From a candidate division FCPU426 bacterium (GTDB taxonomy: Bacteria > Oederibacteriota > JAAXVQ01 > JAUVAV01): a stretch of 29,273 nucleotides of DNA. The stretch lies in the NCBI GenBank assembly GCA_030637655.1, contig DAOWGI010000105.1, positions 1-29,273 on the forward strand, in the 5' to 3' direction. The notes below the pieces were generated by a model, which saw nothing but the letters and a program-made list of their open reading frames with translations, did no database searches and had not been told where the DNA came from. This document shows, piece by piece, positions 16,988-25,611 of this stretch. A program made the translations under genes and the position numbers. How positions within the stretch are numbered: the stretch's first letter is position 1; each line of letters starts with the position of its first letter.

Positions 16988-19057
16988 ATGAAATTGCCGC
17001 TTTATATTCTGATTATACTTCTTTTACTTATCCCTTCTATATTTCTAGTCGGACTGGGCCGGCAATATATGCAAAAAGAGGACCGCGAATTTCTCAGCAA
17101 AATTGAGCAAGCACAAAAACAAAGCAGCAGGCAAACCAAGGAAGCGCTGCTGAGCGAGATTGACAATTTTTTAGCTGCTAATTTACGGTTTTTAGAGAAC
17201 ATGAATTGGGAACAAAACCCCTCCAAACAATTGAATATCTTCTTTAAAGCCCATAAGAATATTATGGAGGTTTTTGCGGTGAAAGACAGGAGCTTGTTGG
17301 TTGATCCTACGGGCGCGATTTCGCTTTTTTGGCAAGCCGAGCCTTTTGAGCCGGACAAATTTGCTCAAGAAATCTCCACTATACGCGCAGCCGAACGCCA
17401 AGAAATTATTGAAAAAAATTACGCTGCCGCGATTGCGGAATACCAAAAAATATTTATAAACATACTGGAACCGGTATTGCGGGCGAGATTATTGAACTGC
17501 ATTGCCCGTTCCTATTTAAAAGCCGGGAATTATCAAAAAGCAGTGGATCATTATCAGCTCATTTTGCTGCAATATCATCAGCATCCTAATTGGGACGGCA
17601 TCCCCATAGCCATTGCGGCCTACCGCCAGATGCATTTCATATATGAAAGTTCGAATAATTTTTTGGCTTTAAAGAAAAATCTGCTGGCGCTTTATCAGGA
17701 TATTGTGTCGGAAAAAATTACGCTTAAACCGAGTTTTTACAAAAAACAATTGCAATGGCTGCATCAAATGGCAAAACAGTATGATTTAAATACAGCAACT
17801 GCCTATAAAAAGATAAGCTCCCGGGAAGTAACTAAAGCGCGGCTGGAAAGAAAACGAAAATATTTCCAGAGACATTATCTGAAAAAATTAAACCAGCTTA
17901 TTCAACCTCAGCTTTTATACTTTACTTCTGAAAAGGCGCATCAGCTTACGGTTATTACCCGTTATAATGGCACAAAATTTTTAATTTGCCGGCTTGACTT
18001 CAAAGCCTGGTTGGATCAGAGCTTTGGTCCGCTTTTGGAAAAAATAGCGCCTAAGGAAAATATTTATTTGGCAATAAAAGATCAATATGGAAAATCTGTT
18101 CCCTGGTCTTTCCCGGCCAAAAAATATCCAACAGACCGGTCCGGCAATCATTGGAAAACAGAATTAAACTGGCAGTATAAAGGACTAGCCTTTGATTTTC
18201 AGATGGAACCGGGAAATTTGCCGGCTATCCGCAGCCAACAGGAAAAAAGACACCGCTTTTATAGGGTGATATTTCTGATATTTGTCGGTTATGTTCTGCT
18301 TGCGATTATATTTTCTGTTAAAATATTACTGAGGGAATTTGAGCTGCTCCGCCTGAAATCGGAATTTGTAGAGCATATTTCCCATGAGCTTAAAACTCCG
18401 CTTACGTCCCTTCGAATGTATTCTGAAATTCTGGAGGATGAGGATAATCTTGATCCGAATAAGCGCAGGGAATTTGTCGGGATATTAAGAAAAGAAACCG
18501 AACGCTTAAGTGATTTAATAAAAAAGGTGCTGGATTTCACGAAAAACCGGAAAAGAAAATTTATATTTTCCTTAACTCCTTTGGATTTAAATAAACATGT
18601 AACGGAAGCGATAGCGGTTTTTCAAAGGCAAAAAAATAACTACGATTTTAAAATTCAGTATATTGCTCCTGAGGAAAAAATATGGGTTAAGGCGGATCAA
18701 TATACCCTCCAGCAAGTATGGGCCAATCTGCTGGAAAACGCGGTAAAATATTCTCAAACTAAAAAAGAGCTCCACATTCATTTGCTGGATTTTAAAAAAT
18801 ATGCTGCGGTGGAAATAATTGATTTCGGCATCGGGATGTCTAAAATTGAGATTAAAAAAGTTTTTGAAAAATATTACCGTATTCGTGATGAGCGGTTATA
18901 TTCCCGGGAAGGGGTTGGACTGGGATTGGCGATTGTTAAAAAAATATTAAAAGACCATAAAGCCCGGATTGATATTAAGAGCGAGCAGAAAAAAGGAACG
19001 AGAGTTAAAATTACTTTTAAAAAGTGCAGATTCAAAAACGGAGGCCGTGATGTCTAA
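16988..19057 (+). CDS. Sensor histidine kinase with TPR-containing extracytoplasmic region
   Basis: Two TM helices; TPR-like NYAAAIAEYQKI and IARSYLKAGNYQKAVDHYQ; H-box ISHELKTPLTSL; N-box NLLENAVKYS; D.GIGM; GVGLGLAIVK. Confidence 0.95.
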   Translation: MKLPLYILIILLLLIPSIFLVGLGRQYMQKEDREFLSKIEQAQKQSSRQTKEALLSEIDNFLAANLRFLENMNWEQNPSKQLNIFFKAHKNIMEVFAVKDRSLLVDPTGAISLFWQAEPFEPDKFAQEISTIRAAERQEIIEKNYAAAIAEYQKIFINILEPVLRARLLNCIARSYLKAGNYQKAVDHYQLILLQYHQHPNWDGIPIAIAAYRQMHFIYESSNNFLALKKNLLALYQDIVSEKITLKPSFYKKQLQWLHQMAKQYDLNTATAYKKISSREVTKARLERKRKYFQRHYLKKLNQLIQPQLLYFTSEKAHQLTVITRYNGTKFLICRLDFKAWLDQSFGPLLEKIAPKENIYLAIKDQYGKSVPWSFPAKKYPTDRSGNHWKTELNWQYKGLAFDFQMEPGNLPAIRSQQEKRHRFYRVIFLIFVGYVLLAIIFSVKILLREFELLRLKSEFVEHISHELKTPLTSLRMYSEILEDEDNLDPNKRREFVGILRKETERLSDLIKKVLDFTKNRKRKFIFSLTPLDLNKHVTEAIAVFQRQKNNYDFKIQYIAPEEKIWVKADQYTLQQVWANLLENAVKYSQTKKELHIHLLDFKKYAAVEIIDFGIGMSKIEIKKVFEKYYRIRDERLYSREGVGLGLAIVKKILKDHKARIDIKSEQKKGTRVKITFKKCRFKNGGRDV

Positions 19058-19778
19058 AATTATTGTGGTGGAGGATGATCTCTCCATTTCAACCGGCGTA
19101 GAATATGCTTTGGAAAAGGAAGGCTATGAAGTAGTTGTTTATCCGGACGGCCGGCAAGGCGATAAAGGCATACGATATCATATGCAAAAATCGGAGCCCG
19201 GTCCGGATCTGATTATTCTGGATATTATGCTTCCCTATAAAAACGGTTATGAAATATGCAGCCAATTAAGAGCGGATAAAATTTATATACCTATAATTAT
19301 GCTTACTGCCAAATCCCAGGAAGCTGACAAAATTAAGGGGCTTAAATCAGGCGCTGATGATTATGTAAGCAAACCATTCAGTTTAAAAGAGCTGCTGGCC
19401 CGGGTCCAAGCTATCTTACGGCGGTCACTGCCGGACCGGCAATCAAACGAACCGGTTAAAGTCAGATTAAACCCGAGTTGCGTTATTGATTTTGCAAAAC
19501 ACGAAATCCTGCGAGATAATAAAAAAATAGCACTATCCGAAAAGGAGAAAAAACTGCTGGAATACTTTTTTAAAAACCCGGGAAAAGTTATAGCCCGGGA
19601 AGAAATATTAGAGCAGGTATGGAACTATACGGATGAATTGTCTTTTCCCACCACTCGTACAGTTGACAATTATATTGTCAAATTACGCCAATTAATAGAG
19701 AAAGATCCTAATCAACCGCAGCAGCTTAAAACCGTTTATCGCGCCGGGTATAAATTTGAAAAAGACGTCAATTTATAA
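19050..19778 (+). CDS. OmpR/PhoB-family response regulator
   Basis: Start re-called at ATG 19050 (GGAGG RBS). VVEDD, ILDIMLP, MLTAK, GADDYVSKPF; winged helix RTVDNYIVKLR...TVYRAGYKF. Confidence 0.95.
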   Translation: MSKIIVVEDDLSISTGVEYALEKEGYEVVVYPDGRQGDKGIRYHMQKSEPGPDLIILDIMLPYKNGYEICSQLRADKIYIPIIMLTAKSQEADKIKGLKSGADDYVSKPFSLKELLARVQAILRRSLPDRQSNEPVKVRLNPSCVIDFAKHEILRDNKKIALSEKEKKLLEYFFKNPGKVIAREEILEQVWNYTDELSFPTTRTVDNYIVKLRQLIEKDPNQPQQLKTVYRAGYKFEKDVNL

Positions 19779-19813
19779 TACATATCTGCGGTTCAAACAG
19801 TAGTAAAACATCC

Positions 19814-19997
19814 CGTCATTCCCCGACAGGAAAAGATATATAGGGACGCTTCGCAGCCGGCATGATCGTCACCCCGGTATGCCTAAATCCGGGGCGGAAT
19901 TCAGAAAAACACTGTAATATAAGCAAAAATATTTCCTAGATACCGCCCCGGATAAATACATGCCCGCAAAGACAGCAAAAGGGGTTTTGCAGCAGAA
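19814..19997. repeat. Degenerate palindromic MITE/REP-like element
   Basis: 11-bp IR ATCCGGGGCGG (19887-19897) / CCGCCCCGGAT (19943-19953); GTCA-CCCCGG..CCGGGG hairpin; ends in GGGGTTTTGCAGCAG, the reverse complement of the 1348-1361 terminus. Confidence 0.5.
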
Positions 19998-20344
19998 TCA
20001 TAAATATTCTTGTTTACATTTTCGGCATACTATCCGCGCAAAACCTTTGCTCAAATCCCCACATGCCAGATATTTGTTTACTACCTCTCCAACCTATCGG
20101 TCTCAAATAGCCATTGCTTTTTTCATGCTTCTCTTTAATAATAGTTAAGGTAATTGGCAAACATTGCCACAATTTTGTTTTTTCAGGACGGCGTGGTTTA
20201 TAGACTTGATCTCCCAGGTCTTTGTCGACATGGAAATTAGCTTTTTTTTTGCTGAAAATATAATGTCCTAATAGGATGTGGTGGAAAAAATTCAAGCCGC
20301 AGTGAAGATACTGCGCGCAATCAATTAACCGGGGAGGGAATACT

Positions 20345-20860
20345 ATGAATGAAAAAATGGAAAAAGCTTTGAATGAACAGATCAACGCTGAGTTGTATTC
20401 CGCTTATTTGTATTTGTCTATGTCCGCGTATTTTGCAGCCCAGGATATGCCGGGATTTGCCAATTGGATGTATGTACAGTATCAAGAGGAAACCACCCAT
20501 GGAATCAAAATCTATAAATATGTTTTGGAACGCGGCGGCAAAGTTATCTTGACCACAATTCAACAGCCGCCCACAGAATGGAAAGATACGCAGCAGGTTT
20601 TTGAGGAAGTGCTTAAACACGAACAGCTGGTTACCTCGCTGATTAATAATTTGGTTGATTTGGCGCTGGCTGAAAAAGACCATGCCAGCAATAACATGCT
20701 GCAGTGGTTTGTGGCCGAACAGGTGGAAGAAGAGGCCAATGCCATGACCATTCTCGGCCAAATTAAGATGGTTCAGGCGTCCAAGGAAAGTCTGTATATG
20801 CTGGACAAGGAATTGAGCCAACGTGTTTTTGTGGATGCAACCCAAGCTCCAGGCGCATGA
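20345..20860 (+). CDS. ftnA: Non-haem ferritin
   Basis: LNEQINAELYSAYLYLSM, QYQEE..H, HEQ.VT..IN, LQWFVAEQVEEE. Confidence 0.95.
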   Translation: MNEKMEKALNEQINAELYSAYLYLSMSAYFAAQDMPGFANWMYVQYQEETTHGIKIYKYVLERGGKVILTTIQQPPTEWKDTQQVFEEVLKHEQLVTSLINNLVDLALAEKDHASNNMLQWFVAEQVEEEANAMTILGQIKMVQASKESLYMLDKELSQRVFVDATQAPGA

Positions 20861-20880
20861 TTACGGTTGAGGAGTGAGCA

Positions 20881-21396
20881 GTGAATATATATGAAAGAGC
20901 GCTCTATTGTTTTACCTATGGGCTGTATGTAGTTACCGCCCGGGTTGAGGACAAGTATAACGGTCAAATTGTGAATGTGGGTACCCAGATTACGGTGGAG
21001 CCCCTGCGTTTGGCAATCTGTTTGAATAAGGAAAATTTAACCTACGAGTATGTTAAAAAGGATCGGACCTTTGGCATGTCCGTTCTGGAACAGGAGACGC
21101 CGTTTTCTTTTTTCGGCGCTTGGGGCTTCCAGAGCGGGCGGAAAGAAGATAAGTTCGCCAAGGCTGATTTTCGTGTGGGCCAAAGCAAAGTCCCCTTACT
21201 ACTCGATCACGCCTTGGCTGTGATTGAGTGCAAAGTGATTAATGAGATGGATGTAGGCACGCACGCCATTTTCGTGGGCGAGGTGGTGTATAGTGAAGTG
21301 CTCAAGGAAGGAATCCCGCTGACGTATGAGTATTACCGTACGGTGATTAAAGGTAAGGTACCCAAGACAGCGCCCACCTATCGTGTTGGCGCGTAA
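20881..21396 (+). CDS. Flavin reductase-like FMN-binding protein
   Basis: GTG start; TYGLYVVT, FQSGR..DKF, DVGTH.IFVGEV, PLTYEYY...KG..PKTAPTY. Confidence 0.88.
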   Translation: MNIYERALYCFTYGLYVVTARVEDKYNGQIVNVGTQITVEPLRLAICLNKENLTYEYVKKDRTFGMSVLEQETPFSFFGAWGFQSGRKEDKFAKADFRVGQSKVPLLLDHALAVIECKVINEMDVGTHAIFVGEVVYSEVLKEGIPLTYEYYRTVIKGKVPKTAPTYRVGA

Positions 21397-21411
21397 TTAG
21401 GAGGCAAGTCC

Positions 21412-21885
21412 ATGAATATCTTCCAGGCTCAGGAAATATTCAATATTGCCATAAAGATTGAAGAAAACGGGGAACGCTTTTATCGGCAGGCTATGACCAT
21501 TACTGATAACGATGAGACGAAAAAGATTTTTCAGCATTTGGCCAATGAAGAAATAAACCACAAAAAAATATTTGAAGAATTGCAAAGCAAGCTGAAGGAG
21601 TATACTCCGGCAGAAAGTTATCCGGGAGAATACATGGACTATCTCAACGCGTTTGTGGAGAATGTCTTGTTTCCGCAAAACACGGACAGCGTCAACTTTA
21701 CAGGGACTACCAACACCTTAGCAGCCATCCGTTTTGCCATCCAAAAAGAATTGGATTCCATCTATTATTACAAAGAAATCAAAAATTTCATTCCAGCCAC
21801 GCAGCAAACCGCTGTGGATAATATTATCGAGGAAGAACGGCGTCATTTTATGCAATTGATGAAATTGAAAAAAACACTCGGCTAA
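21412..21885 (+). CDS. Ferritin-like diiron protein (rubrerythrin family, no rubredoxin domain)
   Basis: AIKIEENGERFY, LANEEINH, AIQKELDSIYYY, IIEEERRH. Confidence 0.9.
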   Translation: MNIFQAQEIFNIAIKIEENGERFYRQAMTITDNDETKKIFQHLANEEINHKKIFEELQSKLKEYTPAESYPGEYMDYLNAFVENVLFPQNTDSVNFTGTTNTLAAIRFAIQKELDSIYYYKEIKNFIPATQQTAVDNIIEEERRHFMQLMKLKKTLG

Positions 21886-21897
21886 GGAGGAACGAAA

Positions 21898-22059
21898 ATG
21901 CAAAAGTATGTATGTGATGTGTGTGGTTATGAATATGACCCGGCTAAAGGTGATCCGGACAATGGTGTAGCTCCCAACACCCCCTTTGAGCAGTTGCCTG
22001 AGGACTGGGTATGTCCGGAATGTGGTGTCGGCAAGGATCAATTTTCTCCTCAGGATTAA
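21898..22059 (+). CDS. rub: Rubredoxin (53 aa)
   Basis: Not in the ORF track. [62 protein letters not shown]. Confidence 0.98.
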   Translation: MQKYVCDVCGYEYDPAKGDPDNGVAPNTPFEQLPEDWVCPECGVGKDQFSPQD

Positions 22060-22132
22060 TCCGGAGGAACAAAGCAGGACAAAACGAGAAAGCAGCAGAC
22101 GCAACACGCGGAAGGGTTTGAGGATAAAAGTT

Positions 22133-23851
22133 ATGGAGACAGAGTTCAGAGGCATTGCAGCATCACCAGGATTGGCAGTCGGCCGGGTTTGTTTTTGGAG
22201 TGATCCAAAAGCCATTCCGCGCTATACCATCAAACCGGACCGGGTGAAAGAAGAACTCCGGCGATTGGACGAAACCCTGGAGCAATCCCGGCAACAGATC
22301 GAAGATCTGCGCCAACGGGTGGAGAAGGAGTTGGGCCCGGAAGAGGCCGCTATTTTTTCTTCACATAATTTGTTGTTGGATGATCCTTCCTTTTATGCCC
22401 AGGTCGAGAAAAAATTAATCAATGAAAACCTTAATTTGGAAGCAGCGGTGGAAGATGCCACGGAAGAGATGACGCAAATTTTTCTAAAGATACCGGATCC
22501 GTATTTGCGGGAACGGGCCAATGATTATCGCGATGTAGGCCGCCGGGTTTTGGATAATCTCATCTCATACCAGCGCCAATGCACAGTGGAGGAAGGCGAG
22601 CTGGTGGTCATGGTAGCCAGAGAGTTAATGCCCTCAGATACGGTCCATTTTCATCGCCAACAGGTAGGGGCCTTTGTGACCGAATTTGGGGGCGTCTCTT
22701 CGCATGCCGCTATTTTGGCCAGATCACTGCGCTTGCCGGCGGTATTAAGTATTCCAGAGGTCTTGAAAAAGATCCGAAGCGGGGAAAGGATTCTGGTGGA
22801 CGGAACCCAAGGCGTGGTCGTCATTGATCCCACGCCGGAGCAAATATCCCTGGCCAAAGCAGACGAAAAACGACGCGTGGGCACGGCTTTGCAGGAACGG
22901 GCAGCCCAAGCCGCACAGACTTTGGATAAAGTGGAGGTGCGTTTTTTAGCCAATCTGACACGCGAAAAGGAAGTGGAAGAGGCAGTTCGTGTAGGAGCTC
23001 TGGGTGTAGGTTTGCTTAGAACCGAGTTTCTTTTTATGGATCGCGGAGAGTTTTTAAACGAGGAGGAGCAGTACCTCGCGTATACGCATGTGGTTGAGAA
23101 GATGGCACCTCAGCCGGTTACCATTCGCACGTTGGATTTAGGGGAAGACAAGCATTTTGATTTTGATAATCCGGTGGAAGTAAACAGGGAGGCCTGCGTC
23201 TTGGGCTGGCGCTCCATCCGGCTGTCCCTCGCGCATGAGAAAATTTTTCTCGCGCAATTAAAAGCGTTGCTACGGACGGCTGTGCATGGTCCGGTTCGTA
23301 TTTTGCTCCCCATGATCAACGGGGTCGAGGAGCTGCGCTTGGTGAAGCAATTGCTGCGCAAAGCCGAACACGAGCTGAAGGAACAGGGAATTCCGTATCA
23401 GGCCAAGGTGCCAATTGGCGCCATGGTGGAAACTCCGGCTTCAGCGGTCGCGCCGGAAGTGTTGCTGACAGAAGCGGATTTTTTATCCATCGGGACCAAT
23501 GATTTAGTACAGTATGTGATGGTAGCAGATCGGACCTCAGAGCGTATGCAATCCTACTATCGTTCCTGCTCTCCCGTTATCCTCAAATTATTGCAAGGGT
23601 TGGCCGCCGCCGCGCGCGCTAAAGAAAAAGATATCAGTATTTGCGGGGAGATGGCCGGCGATCCCATATACCTGCCTTTATTATTGGGGCTGGGTTTACG
23701 AAATTTTTCCGTAGCCCCGGTACTGTTGCCGGACCTGGCCAATAGTGTAGGGAAGTACGTGCTGCCGGAATGCGTAACACTCGCCAACCAGGCACTCCAA
23801 AAAACCACTGCCGCTGAAGTAGAAACGCTGCTTCGCTCCTTTCACCAATAA
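22133..23851 (+). CDS. ptsI: PEP-protein phosphotransferase (PTS enzyme I)
   Basis: Start re-called at ATG 22133. GIAASPGLAVG; GGVSSHAAILARSL phospho-His; GVGLLRTEFLF; IRTLDLG.DK; MVETP; SIGTNDL.QY; ICGEMAGDP. Confidence 0.95.
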   Translation: METEFRGIAASPGLAVGRVCFWSDPKAIPRYTIKPDRVKEELRRLDETLEQSRQQIEDLRQRVEKELGPEEAAIFSSHNLLLDDPSFYAQVEKKLINENLNLEAAVEDATEEMTQIFLKIPDPYLRERANDYRDVGRRVLDNLISYQRQCTVEEGELVVMVARELMPSDTVHFHRQQVGAFVTEFGGVSSHAAILARSLRLPAVLSIPEVLKKIRSGERILVDGTQGVVVIDPTPEQISLAKADEKRRVGTALQERAAQAAQTLDKVEVRFLANLTREKEVEEAVRVGALGVGLLRTEFLFMDRGEFLNEEEQYLAYTHVVEKMAPQPVTIRTLDLGEDKHFDFDNPVEVNREACVLGWRSIRLSLAHEKIFLAQLKALLRTAVHGPVRILLPMINGVEELRLVKQLLRKAEHELKEQGIPYQAKVPIGAMVETPASAVAPEVLLTEADFLSIGTNDLVQYVMVADRTSERMQSYYRSCSPVILKLLQGLAAAARAKEKDISICGEMAGDPIYLPLLLGLGLRNFSVAPVLLPDLANSVGKYVLPECVTLANQALQKTTAAEVETLLRSFHQ

Positions 23852-24026
23852 CCTGGTTGCCGGTACTTGTGAGGCTGGAAAATATGGGAAGAAGTGGGAC
23901 AAGTCATTCATAGTGTTTTGTCCCACAAGACATTGGCCAAGGTGGCAGCCAAACAGAATAATAATACGAATAATGCTTTGACCGAATTACAGCTAGTGTC
24001 AACATGACACTTCCGGGGGGTCTGAA

Positions 24027-24575
24027 ATGACACGCTTTCACAAGCAGACCAATATACCTACAGATATATCTACAGAACAGTTTCAAGCCTTGCTGCAGGA
24101 CTATTTTCCCAGAGTGTACAATTATCTTTACCGTTTTGTCCGCCGGACGGAAACAGCTGAAGATCTGACCCAGGAAAGTTTTCTCAAAGCCTGGCAAGCC
24201 AGAAACACTTACAATCCCAAACAGTCGTGGCCAACCTGGCTGTATCGTATTGCCCGGAATACCATGATTGATTCTTTTCGAAAAAAGCGCGAAGTACTTG
24301 ACAATGCCATTGAAAAACGGGAAATTGTTACAGCGCAAAATCCTGAGAGCGAATTAGCCGCTAAGGAAAAGCAGGCGCAAATGGAAAAAGCATTAGCGAA
24401 ATTGCCGGAGCTATATGCCACTGTATTATATTTGCACTATCTGGAAGAAATGAAAATACAGGATATCGCTTTTGTGCTCAAACGATCTGTACGCGCGACC
24501 ACCTCATTGTTGCATCGCGCTCGAGTACAACTCAAAGCAGAACTGTCAGCATTGCCGGCTGAGATATTTCTCTGA
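24027..24575 (+). CDS. ECF sigma-70 factor
   Basis: Region 2 AEDLTQESFLKAW...TWLYRIARN..ID; region 4 L.KLP...L.Y.EEM...IA..L......L.RAR..L. Confidence 0.92.
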   Translation: MTRFHKQTNIPTDISTEQFQALLQDYFPRVYNYLYRFVRRTETAEDLTQESFLKAWQARNTYNPKQSWPTWLYRIARNTMIDSFRKKREVLDNAIEKREIVTAQNPESELAAKEKQAQMEKALAKLPELYATVLYLHYLEEMKIQDIAFVLKRSVRATTSLLHRARVQLKAELSALPAEIFL

Positions 24576-24622
24576 CAGAAGGGTGTATTCGGATAATGTA
24601 AGGCAGGAACCCGGATGTACGA

Positions 24623-24656
24623 AAAGAAGCCCCGCGGAAGCCCGCGGGGCTTCTTT
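24623..24656. terminator. Intrinsic terminator-like hairpin, possibly bidirectional
   Basis: Perfect 15-bp stem AAAGAAGCCCCGCGG-aagc-CCGCGGGGCTTCTTT. Confidence 0.7.
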
Positions 24657-24694
24657 AATGCTAAAACAAATATATTCGTACTGGCATTTTTTTC

Positions 24695-24721
24695 GGAATC
24701 ATTTTTTATTTCGTTCGTATT
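24695..24721 (+). promoter_or_regulatory. Candidate ECF-sigma promoter
   Basis: GGAAT-N16-CGTATT resembles the ECF -35 GGAAC/TGAAAC and -10 CGT elements. It sits just upstream of the AGGAGG RBS of the 24743 gene. Confidence 0.5.
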
Positions 24722-24742
24722 GAAGAGTAGGAGGCAAGACAG

Positions 24743-25084
24743 ATGAAACCAGAATGGACCGAACAGAATGAAGATGAGTTAAAAAAAGCCTTTCGGGAAA
24801 TACCTTGGCAGAAACCGCGGCCTGGATATGTCGAGCAATTCCGGGCCAGAGCAAGTCAAAAAAGCAGCCCCACCAGGGCCAGGTCTTGGCAGTGGGTCCC
24901 GGTGGCAGCCATGGGCCTGGGGTTCTTCGCCGGAGTTGTTTTGGGACGTTTTGCCGGAAGCCCGCCGGAGCCATTATCTGCGGACTTGGTGGCGCAAGAA
25001 ATTAGTCAGGCCGGTGGTTTGGATAGCGGTTCTATGGCGCTGACTCTGATTGTTTCACCGCAAAGGAGTGTTCAGCATGAATAA
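24743..25084 (+). CDS. Single-pass membrane protein, putative anti-sigma factor
   Basis: Short cytoplasmic N-terminus (EDELKKAFREIPWQKPRPGYVEQF), one TM helix, small periplasmic tail; lies between the ECF sigma and sensor genes. Confidence 0.55.
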   Translation: MKPEWTEQNEDELKKAFREIPWQKPRPGYVEQFRARASQKSSPTRARSWQWVPVAAMGLGFFAGVVLGRFAGSPPEPLSADLVAQEISQAGGLDSGSMALTLIVSPQRSVQHE

Positions 25085-25607
25085 AACGATTTTGGTTATT
25101 AGTGCAGTTGTAGGTTTGATCATCGCCGGAATTGGTGGTTATGCTCTTACGAAGAGTGGAACAACTCTGTCAAATCACGAACTATCCGGTTGCTCGGAAA
25201 CGGCTTATCTGGCCGGTACTTTGGAACTCGGCGAGAAAACGTTGTCCACCATCCAAAGTATGGACAAGGCATTTATGCAGAAGTATCGTGAAACCTGCGC
25301 TCGTTTGTGTGAAAAACGGGGACAATTATTCGAATACTTAAAAGCGGCCAAAGCCGATGATACTCAGGCTCTGCAATTGCTTGCCCGGATTCACGAAATT
25401 CAATCCGCGCAAGAACAGGCTACGTATGGCTTCGTAATAGCTGTACGGGATGTGTTGCCTGTCAAACAGAGGGGTGAATTTATAGACGCTATACAACAGC
25501 GTTGGCTGCCAGGACAAAAATACTTGAAAAATATAGCTGCCGGAACGTGTTGTGGAACCGGGACCAATTCGCGTAAAAAAGGCGAATCGGAAAACCAGCA
25601 GGAGTAG
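25077..25607 (+). CDS. Periplasmic heavy-metal sensor-like helical protein (Spy/CpxP/ZraP/CnrX-like)
   Basis: Start re-called at ATG 25077 (AGGAG RBS). N-terminal TM; L.L...helical hairpin...RDVLP.KQR..F pattern; Cys-rich (CARLC, CC). Confidence 0.65.
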   Translation: MNKTILVISAVVGLIIAGIGGYALTKSGTTLSNHELSGCSETAYLAGTLELGEKTLSTIQSMDKAFMQKYRETCARLCEKRGQLFEYLKAAKADDTQALQLLARIHEIQSAQEQATYGFVIAVRDVLPVKQRGEFIDAIQQRWLPGQKYLKNIAAGTCCGTGTNSRKKGESENQQE

Positions 25608-25611
25608 AGTA

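Noticed and set aside
18969-19049. Longer start for the response regulator
   Set aside because: It lies inside the kinase gene; ATG 19050 has a GGAGG RBS and begins the receiver domain.
20154-20168. TGGCAAACATTGC as a sigma-54 promoter upstream of ferritin
   Set aside because: The GG-to-GC spacing is 8 nt, not the required 10.
21986-22132. N-terminal extension of the 621-aa ptsI ORF
   Set aside because: It overlaps the clear rubredoxin gene in another frame; EI similarity begins at ATG 22133.
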